Source: a virus
Taxonomy: Duplodnaviria > Caudoviricetes
DNA: 52,110 bases
Virus record (IMG/VR): IMGVR_UViG_3300009528_000003
Location: 1 to 52,110 of that record
Reading direction: 5' to 3' (one strand)
Position numbers and translations under genes: made by a program
Shown: in pieces, positions 36,074 to 44,891 of the stretch
How the letters are laid out: every line of letters begins with the position of its first letter
Position numbering within the stretch: position 1 is the first letter of the stretch
Notes under the pieces: model-generated
What the model saw: only the letters and a program-made list of their open reading frames with translations
Told to the model about the DNA's origin: nothing
Database searches by the model: none

Positions 36074-36424
36074 ATGAATCTCTTTCATGGAACAAGTAGG
36101 ATCGCTTGGGAAAAGATCAAAGTCGAGGGTCTAAAACCAAGCCGAATAGGGATTGTCTACTTATCCCCAGATCGCAGGGCTGCCGATGATTTTGGCGGGA
36201 ACGAAGTTCTTCTTGAAGTTGAGACTGGCGATACCAAGCTGACTGCTTTCGATGACTGCAAAGAGTGGGAAGTGCTTTGCTGGGGACATATTTCAGCTGA
36301 TAAAATCAGACTGATGAAAATTAAGGATTTCAAGGAGATGTCAGACTACGAATTTCTTGTCTGGCTCGACCCTGCCGAGGTTCAGCCCTATCAGGAAATC
36401 CTTGAGAATGACAGCGATGAATAA
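36074..36424 (+). CDS. ADP-ribosyltransferase-fold protein (Tpt1/KptA-like motifs)
   Basis: LFHGTS...GLKP...VYLS...E and ISADKI pattern. Confidence 0.6.
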   Translation: MNLFHGTSRIAWEKIKVEGLKPSRIGIVYLSPDRRAADDFGGNEVLLEVETGDTKLTAFDDCKEWEVLCWGHISADKIRLMKIKDFKEMSDYEFLVWLDPAEVQPYQEILENDSDE

Positions 36425-36650
36425 CAGACAGAAGCTCAGTAAGTCAGTAGTAGAACTTCTTGGCAAATTACCCCAAGTTGAGACTGTTGATATTACGCCC
36501 TGCTTTGATATCAATATCAAGCTGAACACGAGAGATCGTCAAGCCAGGGATACCGTTTTTGAACGTGAGCTACAAATCCATGACGCCTTTCCTGACCTGC
36601 TGATCGATTTCAGGGTGACTTTGCCCCTGAACGACAGTGAGGCCGAATAA
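36417..36650 (+). CDS. Hypothetical protein, possible partner of the ART-fold protein
   Basis: Start overlaps the upstream stop; ELQIHDAFPDLLIDFRV. Confidence 0.5.
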   Translation: MNNRQKLSKSVVELLGKLPQVETVDITPCFDINIKLNTRDRQARDTVFERELQIHDAFPDLLIDFRVTLPLNDSEAE

Positions 36651-36898
36651 GACCTGTACGGCCACGATCTTTTTCAAAAACTCCGTCGGTCTAAAGACAC
36701 ACCAGACCACTCATTACTATTCAGTGATACCCCCTCTACGTTCGTCCTGCATCATGTATCAAGAGAATCACAGACTCTATTGCCCCCGACTTGACCCCCC
36801 GCCCAGAATGTTGCCCCCCTGAAGTTGACCCCTTTGGGGACAAGATTATGTAATAGAGTGTGTTGGAATGTAAGGGAATGAAATCCCCTAACTCGTTG

Positions 36899-36914
36899 TG
36901 TTTCACGTGAAACC
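36899..36914. promoter_or_regulatory. parS-like palindrome
   Basis: TGTTTCACGTGAAACC, 15/16 match to canonical TGTTTCACGTGAAACA. Confidence 0.65.
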
Positions 36915-36947
36915 TCTTAATTGGTGGGCTGTTATGGGGTTAGGTAA

Positions 36948-36975
36948 TGGTGCCGAAGGGGGGACTCGAACCCCC
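36948..36975 (-). other. attP core matching the 3' end of a tRNA (probably tRNA-Leu)
   Basis: Minus strand GGGGGTTCGAGTCCCCCCTTCGGCACCA: T-arm, acceptor 3' strand and CCA; the CTTCGGCACCA end is typical of tRNA-Leu. Confidence 0.8.
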
Positions 36976-37061
36976 AGTATGTTATTAAATGATAATGGCT
37001 TAGAGTTAGTGCCGCTAAAGCTGTTGACCCCTCTCATTAACTGATTAAAAGAAGAACGGGT

Positions 37062-37493
37062 TTACCAGCACCATTCGTTATTGATGTTGCCTTTCATGTC
37101 AGGGCGTGGGATTTTATCGTCCAAAAGGAAATCCCGAAAAGCCAAAATATCTTTGGATTCAATACCGTGTTCAATCATCATCTGAAAAAGTTTAGCATCA
37201 TCTTCTTCTTGATAGTATTTTTGTGCCCTTAACGTTCTCGGACGATATACCCAAGACCACTCCTGAACAGTCCGATCATTATCTTGCTTCATTGGTTCGG
37301 GCCTTCTATGAACATCTTCCCAATAATCTTGCGGTATACAACAAGCAATCTCGTAATCCAAGAAATTGCGCTCATCGTCTATAAGTCTTTGCTGCCCCGC
37401 TGCTGTGTCTGGATAAAAGGCTGAATAATAAGAAAATGAGACATGACCCTTACACGGTAATTCAGGATCGAACTTAGAGAAGTGTGGAATCAT
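37062..37493 (-). CDS. Hypothetical protein between integrase and attP
   Basis: ORF track; AT-richer. Confidence 0.55.
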   Translation of the reverse strand: MIPHFSKFDPELPCKGHVSFSYYSAFYPDTAAGQQRLIDDERNFLDYEIACCIPQDYWEDVHRRPEPMKQDNDRTVQEWSWVYRPRTLRAQKYYQEEDDAKLFQMMIEHGIESKDILAFRDFLLDDKIPRPDMKGNINNEWCW

Positions 37494-37508
37494 ACTAAAA
37501 AGGTAAAA

Positions 37509-38573
37509 TCAAAAAACCAGCTTGTCAATAGCTGATTTCAGATGTTGTGGAGCAAAGTGAACGTAAACCAACGTCTGCTCTACCCTTGCGTGGCCGAGCA
37601 GTTCCTTCACTGCCCCGATATGAACTCCCCCGATGACAAGATTGGTCGCAAAAGTGTGCCGGAGATCGTATGGCTTATGGTGCGGAATCTCCATTATGGT
37701 ACAGGCTCGACGCATTTTGCGGTGGTAGAATTTGTCATCACCGAGCGGTTCGTTGCGACCCGAATCGAAAACATAGGTGAAATCTTTGGGTAGCGACTTC
37801 AATAATTTATGAAGTTCTGGATGGAGGGGTATTGAGCGTGGGGTTTTCGTTTTGGTATTAACGATCTGAATGACATTGTTCTGGAGGTTCACTTGATCCC
37901 ACTTTAATGATATAGCCTCACCTGGCCTCATGCCAGTATAGAGGATTGTTCGGAAGTATGTTGCTACGGTCGGATCGTCCTGATCGAGAAATTTGAACAT
38001 CATTTTGAGTTCGTCTTTTTTGAAAGGATTCGGCAGGCGCTTTTCATATTTAGGTTTAAGGCTTTTGTGTTTGGCTGGATTAACCTTAATATAGCTATGC
38101 TCCAAACACCAGTTCATAAAAGCGTTGAGAAACTGATGATACTTGTGCCAGTTGGCGCTGGGATCGTAGTTGTCCCGCCGCCTAGCTCTGCTAAACGGGG
38201 CGTGTTCATAGAACCACTGCTGGTAGCTCAAACAGAGGGCGGTGTCGATATTCCCCAGAGTGCTGACGTTTCTGCGCTCACAGAAACGAGAGAATACTCC
38301 GAGGGCTTGATACTGCTTGCGGAGCGTCTCCGGCGATTTCCTTCTTACTTTCTCCGACCATTCGTGATATTTGGCTATGACTTGGGCTAACTCGTCCAGT
38401 TGCTTTTTGGCTGCTTGTTTTTCCGACAGAGTAATCCTGATAAACTGACAGGCGGCGGCGTAAGCCTGTTCGTCCCCACCACAACGGTCAGCTTGGAATC
38501 GGCGGCGGATTTTCTTGCCACCCTTCTTGATCGTCACCCGCCAGCCGAGGTTATAGTGCTTAGGGACGGGCAT
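37509..38573 (-). CDS. int: Tyrosine integrase with AP2-like N-terminal arm-binding domain
   Basis: TGMRPGE, KTK, YDLRHTFA, LGH and LVY catalytic motifs. Confidence 0.95.
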   Translation of the reverse strand: MPVPKHYNLGWRVTIKKGGKKIRRRFQADRCGGDEQAYAAACQFIRITLSEKQAAKKQLDELAQVIAKYHEWSEKVRRKSPETLRKQYQALGVFSRFCERRNVSTLGNIDTALCLSYQQWFYEHAPFSRARRRDNYDPSANWHKYHQFLNAFMNWCLEHSYIKVNPAKHKSLKPKYEKRLPNPFKKDELKMMFKFLDQDDPTVATYFRTILYTGMRPGEAISLKWDQVNLQNNVIQIVNTKTKTPRSIPLHPELHKLLKSLPKDFTYVFDSGRNEPLGDDKFYHRKMRRACTIMEIPHHKPYDLRHTFATNLVIGGVHIGAVKELLGHARVEQTLVYVHFAPQHLKSAIDKLVF

Positions 38574-38647
38574 GAGTTACACTTGTCTAATGAGATAAAC
38601 GATAATTGCTACTCCTAAGATAATCAGACCGAGACGCAGTTGTGATC

Positions 38648-38998
38648 TCATTTGTTGATGCTCTTACCGATGTAGAGGGTGACACTAAAATTGAATTTGA
38701 AACCATTGTAATCAACTTTGCTTGGTGGTGCAAGATAGTACATTTTCCATTCGGTGTTACCTGTGTGAAATCTACCTGAAAAATTGATTGTGGCGTTTTT
38801 GCTAACTGGCCATTTAAGGCCAGCCCCAAATCCTATATATTCATCATCACCGTCTTGGTTAAGTCCAATGACTTCATGGTCTAATGTGGACATACCTCCA
38901 CTGAGACCTACCGTAATGCTCGGCCTGCTGTCAGGGTTCTCGGCCAGTGTCATGGCCGGAATCAGCATGACCACCATGATAATTAACGCTTTTTTCAT
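38648..38998 (-). CDS. Small outer-membrane beta-barrel-like protein in the immunity operon
   Basis: MKKALIIMVVMLIPAMTLA leader; amphipathic strands ending FKFNFSVTLY. Confidence 0.6.
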   Translation of the reverse strand: MKKALIIMVVMLIPAMTLAENPDSRPSITVGLSGGMSTLDHEVIGLNQDGDDEYIGFGAGLKWPVSKNATINFSGRFHTGNTEWKMYYLAPPSKVDYNGFKFNFSVTLYIGKSINK

Positions 38999-39108
38999 TT
39001 TCCTTTTTCCTCCGTTTTGATGTTCAACAGTTTCAAAATCCCCCTCTGCTTTTGTCTACTCAACCGCTGGTACAAAGTAACCAGAACGGCAGAGACATGA
39101 GTACTCAT
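38995..39108 (-). CDS. Small hypothetical peptide (37 aa)
   Basis: Translated by hand, MSTHVSAVLVTLYQRLSRQKQRG...; GAGGGG RBS; ATGA coupling. Confidence 0.4.
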   Translation of the reverse strand: MSTHVSAVLVTLYQRLSRQKQRGILKLLNIKTEEKGK

Positions 39109-39163
39109 AGCACCCCTCTCCATGTGTAGTGTTACTCAAGTAACGAGCGTATCAACATCCCTG

Positions 39164-39553
39164 TCATTCCGCTTTGTCTTTAGAGTTCTTCTTCTGTTGT
39201 ACCTCCTTTGTCTTGAGTAGTATTTCGTCTACGGCTTTCCTCCGCCAGTCATCATCCGGCAGAGAGTTGTAAGCCTCGATAACCGCCTTCTCCTCAGCAC
39301 TCAATTCCCCGATAGCATTGGCGTCCTTTTCAATGCCCTTCAGAGATTCGAGGCCGGTGAGTTGTTCCAATGTGCAGTTGAGAGCGTTAGCGAGAGCGAC
39401 CAGAGTATTCAGTGAGGGGGTCTGGACATCGGGATGACCAGACAGATGTTTACTAATTAAGGACTGCTCGACTCCACTCTTTTTAGCCAATTCGACCTGA
39501 TTTAAGCCATAAATGCCCATCAGTTTCCGAAGGTTGTCTCGGAACTTAGTCAT
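39164..39553 (-). CDS. XRE-family HTH repressor (cI-like)
   Basis: LNQVELAKKSGVEQSLISKHL...PSLNTLVALANAL; divergent from the lytic early genes. Confidence 0.88.
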   Translation of the reverse strand: MTKFRDNLRKLMGIYGLNQVELAKKSGVEQSLISKHLSGHPDVQTPSLNTLVALANALNCTLEQLTGLESLKGIEKDANAIGELSAEEKAVIEAYNSLPDDDWRRKAVDEILLKTKEVQQKKNSKDKAE

Positions 39554-39714
39554 TGTTTCATAAGAAGTTAGCAGCATTTTTTATCTCACGCAACGGCCAA
39601 AGTAAAAAAAGTTGAAAAAAAGGCAAAAAAAGACTTGCGTTATTATTCAACTTTTCATATATTATCCGATAGATAAGAGAAAAGAGATATTTTTTTGAAC
39701 TATAAAATGAAAGT
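39554..39714. promoter_or_regulatory. Divergent lysis/lysogeny switch region
   Basis: AT-rich intergenic region; TTGCGT-N17-TATATT on the + strand. Confidence 0.55.
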
Positions 39715-39915
39715 TTGACTATGGACAATTTAGTATTACACACTGTGTACGACATCACTGAGGAGACTTTTGACTCAAAACCATTAAAGGTCACACCTCC
39801 CGTAATCTGGGTTCGTACACAAACCAAGCCTGGTGACAAGGTAGGTCTATTCGAGCATCCTGAGACACACCAGTTAATCATAGAGAAAATCTCTCCATCT
39901 AAGGAACCATCGTGA
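39715..39915 (+). CDS. Cro-position regulator, AbrB/MazE-like
   Basis: KVTPPVIWVR..KPGDKV...LIIEK swapped-hairpin pattern. Confidence 0.55.
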   Translation: MTMDNLVLHTVYDITEETFDSKPLKVTPPVIWVRTQTKPGDKVGLFEHPETHQLIIEKISPSKEPS

Positions 39916-40505
39916 TGAATTCTTCTTCTGAACAAAACCGATCCGTGGCGAGAACAAAAGAAGATACATCATTGAGCCGCAGAAGTCAAGTCATTTTTGA
40001 GCGCAAGACAAGAACGATTCCCTTGACGCAAGGGAAAGTGGCATTGGTTGATGATGCTGATTTTTGCATCCTCTCTTACCATAAATGGCGTGCGGAAAAA
40101 CATCGCTCAACTTTTTATGCGGTATATCGAGTCCGTATAAGTAAAAACAACTGGAGAACTCGGTTGATGCACAGAATAATTTTAGGCCTTCAGCCGGGGG
40201 ATAAACAAATAACCGACCACCGTGATGGAAACGGCTTGAACAATCAGAGATCAAACTTAAGAGTCTGTACACAAACGCAAAATAATCAATCTTCAAGAAA
40301 GCGAACAGGATGCACATCAAAGTATAAAGGTGTTCACTGGAATAGTCATTCCTACAATTGGACTTCACGGATTCAGGTGAATAGAAAGCAAACGCATCTT
40401 GGACAATTTGAATCAGAGTCTGATGCTGCACGAGCTTACGATGCAGCAGCAGTAAAACATTACGGTGAGTTTGCATTAACAAACAAAGCATTAGGATTAT
40501 ACTAA
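39912..40505 (+). CDS. HNH homing endonuclease with AP2 domain
   Basis: DHRDGNGLNNQRSNLR; SKYKGV...HLGQF...AARAYD. Confidence 0.9.
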   Translation: MMNSSSEQNRSVARTKEDTSLSRRSQVIFERKTRTIPLTQGKVALVDDADFCILSYHKWRAEKHRSTFYAVYRVRISKNNWRTRLMHRIILGLQPGDKQITDHRDGNGLNNQRSNLRVCTQTQNNQSSRKRTGCTSKYKGVHWNSHSYNWTSRIQVNRKQTHLGQFESESDAARAYDAAAVKHYGEFALTNKALGLY

Positions 40506-40789
40506 TGAAACATTTACAACCCACAGGCTCGGCTGCAGCGGCGGCGGAGATTTATCAGTTTGCAGTTGAACGTATAACTGGAATCGAGAATCGAACATGG
40601 TCAAAAGAGAACATCGAAGCCATCATTTCCAAACACTCCCCAGCCGACAAGGGTACGAAAAAGTTGGTGGAGGCACTAATAGAGGTTAAAGCGGAGTGCT
40701 ATGGCGCTGTAGGGAGGGAGGGATTAAGTAATGAGACTTGTCATTTAATTGATACCGCCCTCGCAGAATATGAGGAGCTAAACAAATGA
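40505..40789 (+). CDS. Hypothetical protein
   Basis: TAATG coupling. Confidence 0.6.
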   Translation: MKHLQPTGSAAAAAEIYQFAVERITGIENRTWSKENIEAIISKHSPADKGTKKLVEALIEVKAECYGAVGREGLSNETCHLIDTALAEYEELNK

Positions 40790-40888
40790 AAACCTTTGTG
40801 GGTGATTTCTTGGTTCGTCCACATGTCTCAAGACCCGGCTCGTCGAGAGCCACATCAGGCGAGCCGGGAATAGAACTGGAGTAGAACA

Positions 40889-41086
40889 ATGGCAAACGCA
40901 AAGCTCGTTACTCTAATAGAGACGACCAGTAAACGTGGGACTGGTAAAGAAGGCGATCCCTATCGTGAAGTGAAAGAGTGGTGGACGTTTGATGGGGAAT
41001 TAGTTGTCGAGTGGGATGAATGGTATGAGGAGGAATTGAGAGTGAAGCGGGATAACAAAAACGAGGGGGCAAGTGATGAAAGTTAA
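40889..41086 (+). CDS. Conserved phage hypothetical protein (RGTGKEGDPYREV type)
   Basis: GGAG RBS; recognisable motif. Confidence 0.6.
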   Translation: MANAKLVTLIETTSKRGTGKEGDPYREVKEWWTFDGELVVEWDEWYEEELRVKRDNKNEGASDES

Positions 41087-41267
41087 GGATGTGAAGTTGT
41101 GTGTTAAGGTATGGCATGACGAAATATCTATTTACGATCAAGACGGTAATGTTGTCTTTAGTATTCGTTGGGGGTTTGGTACTGGGCGAAGGAAACCCCA
41201 AGTTATCGCTATCGCCAACCGTCTGTGTGACAGATTCAACGCCGGGCAAGAGGTGAGTGATGGCTGA
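41073..41267 (+). CDS. Hypothetical protein
   Basis: Operon packing. Confidence 0.55.
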   Translation: MMKVKDVKLCVKVWHDEISIYDQDGNVVFSIRWGFGTGRRKPQVIAIANRLCDRFNAGQEVSDG

Positions 41268-41490
41268 CCCAAGACCCGATGTGTGTCGTGTGATGGCGGA
41301 AAGCCTGTGGGAACACGTATTTATGACGGCGGGTGAGGATGCTATAGACTCAATAGCCGATGCCATCCGCAACCACACTATCGTGCCGGAGATGGTGCGA
41401 TTTCTTGAAGTGGCAGGGCTAAGAGTGGACGATAAAGTTCTCGCTATTCAGATTAGTAGATGTTTGGCTAAGGCAAAAGGGAGGAAGTGA
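41257..41490 (+). CDS. Hypothetical protein
   Basis: GAGGTG RBS. Confidence 0.55.
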   Translation: MMADPRPDVCRVMAESLWEHVFMTAGEDAIDSIADAIRNHTIVPEMVRFLEVAGLRVDDKVLAIQISRCLAKAKGRK

Positions 41491-41702
41491 TGGATGACAC
41501 AGCGACAAAGAAAAAGTCGGTGCAGCCCGCACTAACGCCCGACGAGGCTATTGAGCTTACCAAACATCTGACATTGGAAAATCATGTCTATATTATGGGT
41601 CGTTCTGAGGAACAAGGGATGCACCCCTCAGAAGTGCTACACAATATCATAGACACAAGTCGGAGATTTTACAGGTGTCCGGTGGGGAAGAGGCATGTGT
41701 GA
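41487..41702 (+). CDS. Hypothetical protein
   Basis: GGAGG RBS. Confidence 0.55.
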   Translation: MMDDTATKKKSVQPALTPDEAIELTKHLTLENHVYIMGRSEEQGMHPSEVLHNIIDTSRRFYRCPVGKRHV

Positions 41703-41822
41703 TCCTGACAAATGCCCTTGTTGTGGTCATAAATTGCAAGCGGGCGAGTATATCTACTGCAAACGGTGCAGCGATGAGATCAACAGTTAAACGAGAACGA
41801 GGAACAATTTGAAAGGAGATCG

Positions 41823-42137
41823 GTGATGACAAGGCTGTCGTTCGTTTTATTCTTCTTTGTCTTTATTGGCTTATGTGTTTTACTTTTTGCATTCCTGAAT
41901 CGGGACTCAACGAACCCCGAGGACGAGTGCTACTACGAAATCTACTTTGTCTCAATCGTTGATACCCTCGGTGAAAAAAGAAATGTTCTGGGGGTGAAGT
42001 ATATTAGCGAGCGGGATGGTTACTTAACGCTATATGATACGCTTGACGGCTGGTACATCATTCCTATTCGAGACAATGTAGACTACATTAAATGTACCGT
42101 CACTGACAGCGTAAAGTGTGAGAAGGTGAATGAATGA
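41823..42137 (+). CDS. Membrane-anchored protein with exported domain
   Basis: N-terminal TM; DST/DTL/DTL/DSV motifs and Cys residues. Confidence 0.6.
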   Translation: MMTRLSFVLFFFVFIGLCVLLFAFLNRDSTNPEDECYYEIYFVSIVDTLGEKRNVLGVKYISERDGYLTLYDTLDGWYIIPIRDNVDYIKCTVTDSVKCEKVNE

Positions 42138-42373
42138 AACCATGCACCCTTGAAAGAATCAGGCCAGGCCAAGTCTATCGGGTGGAGGAAGCAGCCAAGC
42201 TCACAAGGCTTTATGGCAACAAGTACGGTCTATCTCCAAGCGCAATACGCTCGTGGCACAATATCATAAAAGATGGAAAGCGTTTATTGCCGAGGATTGA
42301 AGACTCGCCAAAGGTGCTGAAGTTCTACGGAAGAGACCTGATAGTGGCTCACAGGCGGGCCGGGAATGGGTAG
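42134..42373 (+). CDS. Excisionase-like / MerR-type HTH protein
   Basis: YRVEEAAKL...SPSAIRSW...KFYGRDL. Confidence 0.5.
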   Translation: MKPCTLERIRPGQVYRVEEAAKLTRLYGNKYGLSPSAIRSWHNIIKDGKRLLPRIEDSPKVLKFYGRDLIVAHRRAGNG

Positions 42374-42396
42374 TTCGTGAAATTGAAGGAGGAGAC

Positions 42397-42579
42397 ATGG
42401 CTTTAAGCAATGACCCACAAAATATAGATGAGCACAACTGGTACTATGAAGAAAAGAAAGGCATTTATATAGTACATGAAGTTATTCAACGTGGTGATTG
42501 TGTGCAATCAGATAAAATTATCATTCCCTGGAAGAATCTAAAACAATCTTTAATAAGAGCAGGTTGGGTAAAAGCATGA
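42397..42579 (+). CDS. Hypothetical protein
   Basis: AGGAGG RBS. Confidence 0.6.
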   Translation: MALSNDPQNIDEHNWYYEEKKGIYIVHEVIQRGDCVQSDKIIIPWKNLKQSLIRAGWVKA

Positions 42580-42707
42580 ATAGGCTTTGGCGCTTAATGG
42601 AATACCTCGATAGGGAATGGTTCTGGTGGTTGCCCGTTATTACGTTTCTCTATTTCTACGGGCACATAGTCTGGTGGTTTATGAAAGAATTGAACCTTTT
42701 AACGTAA
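42576..42707 (+). CDS. Small Trp-rich TM peptide
   Basis: Translated by hand; ATGA coupling. Confidence 0.45.
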   Translation: MNRLWRLMEYLDREWFWWLPVITFLYFYGHIVWWFMKELNLLT

Positions 42708-42721
42708 GTGAGGAGTGAAGG

Positions 42722-42856
42722 ATGGACACAACAATCGTGATTGAGGCATGGACAAGCATAATAAGTCCATTAGGATTTATGTGGGCCTTGGTTATGCAGT
42801 CAATCATTGTGGGGGTTGCAATAGCTGTTGGCTATGAGTTTGGAAAACGCAAATAA
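42722..42856 (+). CDS. Small TM peptide
   Basis: Translated by hand; GAGGAG upstream. Confidence 0.45.
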   Translation: MDTTIVIEAWTSIISPLGFMWALVMQSIIVGVAIAVGYEFGKRK

Positions 42857-42939
42857 CACGACCCGGCATGACGGCACCATGGGATTGTACTGCGTGATCC
42901 CCCGCCGTTATGCTTGGTCTAAAGAGAAAGGAATGAGTA

Positions 42940-43515
42940 ATGACTATGGAACAATTAGCTGAGAAGCTGGAGCACGAGGATCGTATTGATCCCGAAACGG
43001 GGGAGTTCTACGATCCCGACTTTGAGGTTCCGTCAGTGTCCCCGCTAACGCCCGATCATTTACCCAAACTGGCAAGACGTATTATTCACGACACTAACCG
43101 CTTGAAGATGATCAAGAAATTCCGAGATGATGAAATCGTTCGGATCAAGGAATGTTGCCTTAATCGGATTCGGGCACTGTATAGCCAAATCGACTATTGC
43201 ACCAACACGCTTGCCAAGTCGTTAGTGTCGTCTTCGGGCGTGGAACTTCCCGGCCTCGGCAGGTTTAAGTTCCGCAAAGGCCGGGAGTACGTAGATGATG
43301 AAGCATACCAGAAGATGACGCCGGAAGAACAGACACGAGTTCAAACCCAGCAGTCCGGTTGCTTCAAGCACAAAACCACAATAACACCGGACAAGACCAT
43401 AATCAAGGCTCGGCTGGAAGATTTCAGGGGTGGCCGGACTGAGGCCAACGTAGAGGGTTTCGAGATCAAGTGTCACCCGGAAATCTTTGAGTTTAAGCCG
43501 GAAGGAGTAGTGTGA
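42940..43515 (+). CDS. Gam-like / Gp157-like protein
   Basis: IDPETGE, coiled coil, LPGLGRFKFRK, PDKTIIKARL. Confidence 0.6.
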   Translation: MTMEQLAEKLEHEDRIDPETGEFYDPDFEVPSVSPLTPDHLPKLARRIIHDTNRLKMIKKFRDDEIVRIKECCLNRIRALYSQIDYCTNTLAKSLVSSSGVELPGLGRFKFRKGREYVDDEAYQKMTPEEQTRVQTQQSGCFKHKTTITPDKTIIKARLEDFRGGRTEANVEGFEIKCHPEIFEFKPEGVV

Positions 43516-43516
43516 G

Positions 43517-44563
43517 ATGGCAGAACCAAAAGTATTAGAACAAGATGTTAAGACGGGTGGAATGTTGCCGGAGGTTATAACTCCAGCATCTGCGCCAATG
43601 AGACTTGAGCAGATGTCTCAGATGATCGGGTACATGGAGGAGTTCATTAAGAGCCTGCTCAAGCCAGAGGTGGACTTTGGTACTATTCCGGGGACTCAAA
43701 AGCCGACCTTGTACAAGGCTGGGGCGGAAAAGCTCTGCTTGGCCTTTGGTTTGTCCGAAGAGTATGAGATTGTTGCATCCGAAAGAGACCCCTTCAGGGA
43801 ATGGGAATACACGGTCTCTCACTACGATAAAAAACAAAAGCGGCAAATTACAGAAACCAAAAAGACTCGTGGTTACTACTATTTCTCTGCCCGTTGTAAT
43901 CTAATTCACAAGGGAACAGGAGTCGTTTGGGCGAGCCAAATTGGTGACTGCGAATCAACTGAACGTGGCAGGGAAACCGCACCCTCAAACACAATTCTGA
44001 AAATGGCTCAGAAACGTGCCTTTGTCGGTGCTACACTCCATGCGACATTCACGTCTGACCGATTCACCGCCGACATGGACACCTACGACCAGCCAGCTTC
44101 TAAGGGAAAGCCCAAGGGTAAGCCCGCCACACCATCAGACGGAATCCCCAATCCGCTACGGTCAATGAAATCCAAATACGGCTCAGAGAAAAAGCCTTCA
44201 AAGTGTGGGTTCTGTGGTGAATACCACATACTTGAGGACGATCCTATTGTGCAGCATCCGGGAACTGGTAAAGAGGATGACAAACTGGAGGACAAGTGGG
44301 GACACGCCGACTGTTATGCGGCCACCTTTGGCAAGGCAGAACCCGACAAATCAGAGTCAGAACCGGATGAAAGCCCTGACCCTGTGCGTGAGGACGTTAT
44401 CGAGAGCATCTTGGAGCTTGAGAGAAAAGTTTCCCTTGAAGATAAGGCATTCAAGATAGACAAGGCACGCCTGAAAGCACTGGACACTGTAGATTTTGCT
44501 CAGGCCACAAACGATGCCCTTGTTCAGTATTTGGAATCATTGCGGAAACGTGTATCCGCATAA
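43517..44563 (+). CDS. Putative single-strand annealing/recombination protein
   Basis: DFGTIPGTQKPTLYKAGAEKL and NTILKMAQKRAFVGA...FTAD motifs; follows the Gam-like gene. Confidence 0.65.
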   Translation: MAEPKVLEQDVKTGGMLPEVITPASAPMRLEQMSQMIGYMEEFIKSLLKPEVDFGTIPGTQKPTLYKAGAEKLCLAFGLSEEYEIVASERDPFREWEYTVSHYDKKQKRQITETKKTRGYYYFSARCNLIHKGTGVVWASQIGDCESTERGRETAPSNTILKMAQKRAFVGATLHATFTSDRFTADMDTYDQPASKGKPKGKPATPSDGIPNPLRSMKSKYGSEKKPSKCGFCGEYHILEDDPIVQHPGTGKEDDKLEDKWGHADCYAATFGKAEPDKSESEPDESPDPVREDVIESILELERKVSLEDKAFKIDKARLKALDTVDFAQATNDALVQYLESLRKRVSA

Positions 44564-44652
44564 GCGGAGAAGCCGGTGGAGCTGGTGAGTTCCTTTTGGT
44601 CAACCTCCTTTTAGGGCTTACCGCTCCGCCAGTGAAAAGAAAGGAATAAAAG

Positions 44653-44796
44653 ATGAGTCTTGATGGAGACTTTAATTCTGCACAAAAACGGATATTGATA
44701 GTGAATACATTGTTGGCATTGATTCGTTATTGCCTATTTGGTTTTAGTATTTGCGTTTTTTACAAAGTAGCAATGGCAATAGTTGACAAAATATGA
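44653..44796 (+). CDS. Small TM peptide
   Basis: Translated by hand; AAGGA RBS. Confidence 0.45.
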   Translation: MSLDGDFNSAQKRILIVNTLLALIRYCLFGFSICVFYKVAMAIVDKI

Positions 44797-44891
44797 AAAA
44801 CGACCGGAGTGTCGATACACAATTCCTCCCTGTTGTGTATTTCATATCTAACATCATACTCGCACTCCGGTCTTTAAGAAAGGAGTAAACA

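Larger units (their letters stand above)
36778..37033. mobile_element. attP region with putative arm-type repeats TTG(A/C)CCCC
   Basis: Four copies at about 36780-36833 and one at about 37024, flanking a tRNA-like core; integrase nearby. Confidence 0.7.

Noticed and set aside
36900-36990. Complete phage tRNA gene
   Set aside because: Only the T-arm, acceptor 3' strand and CCA are present, with no D-arm or anticodon arm. Treated as the attP core.
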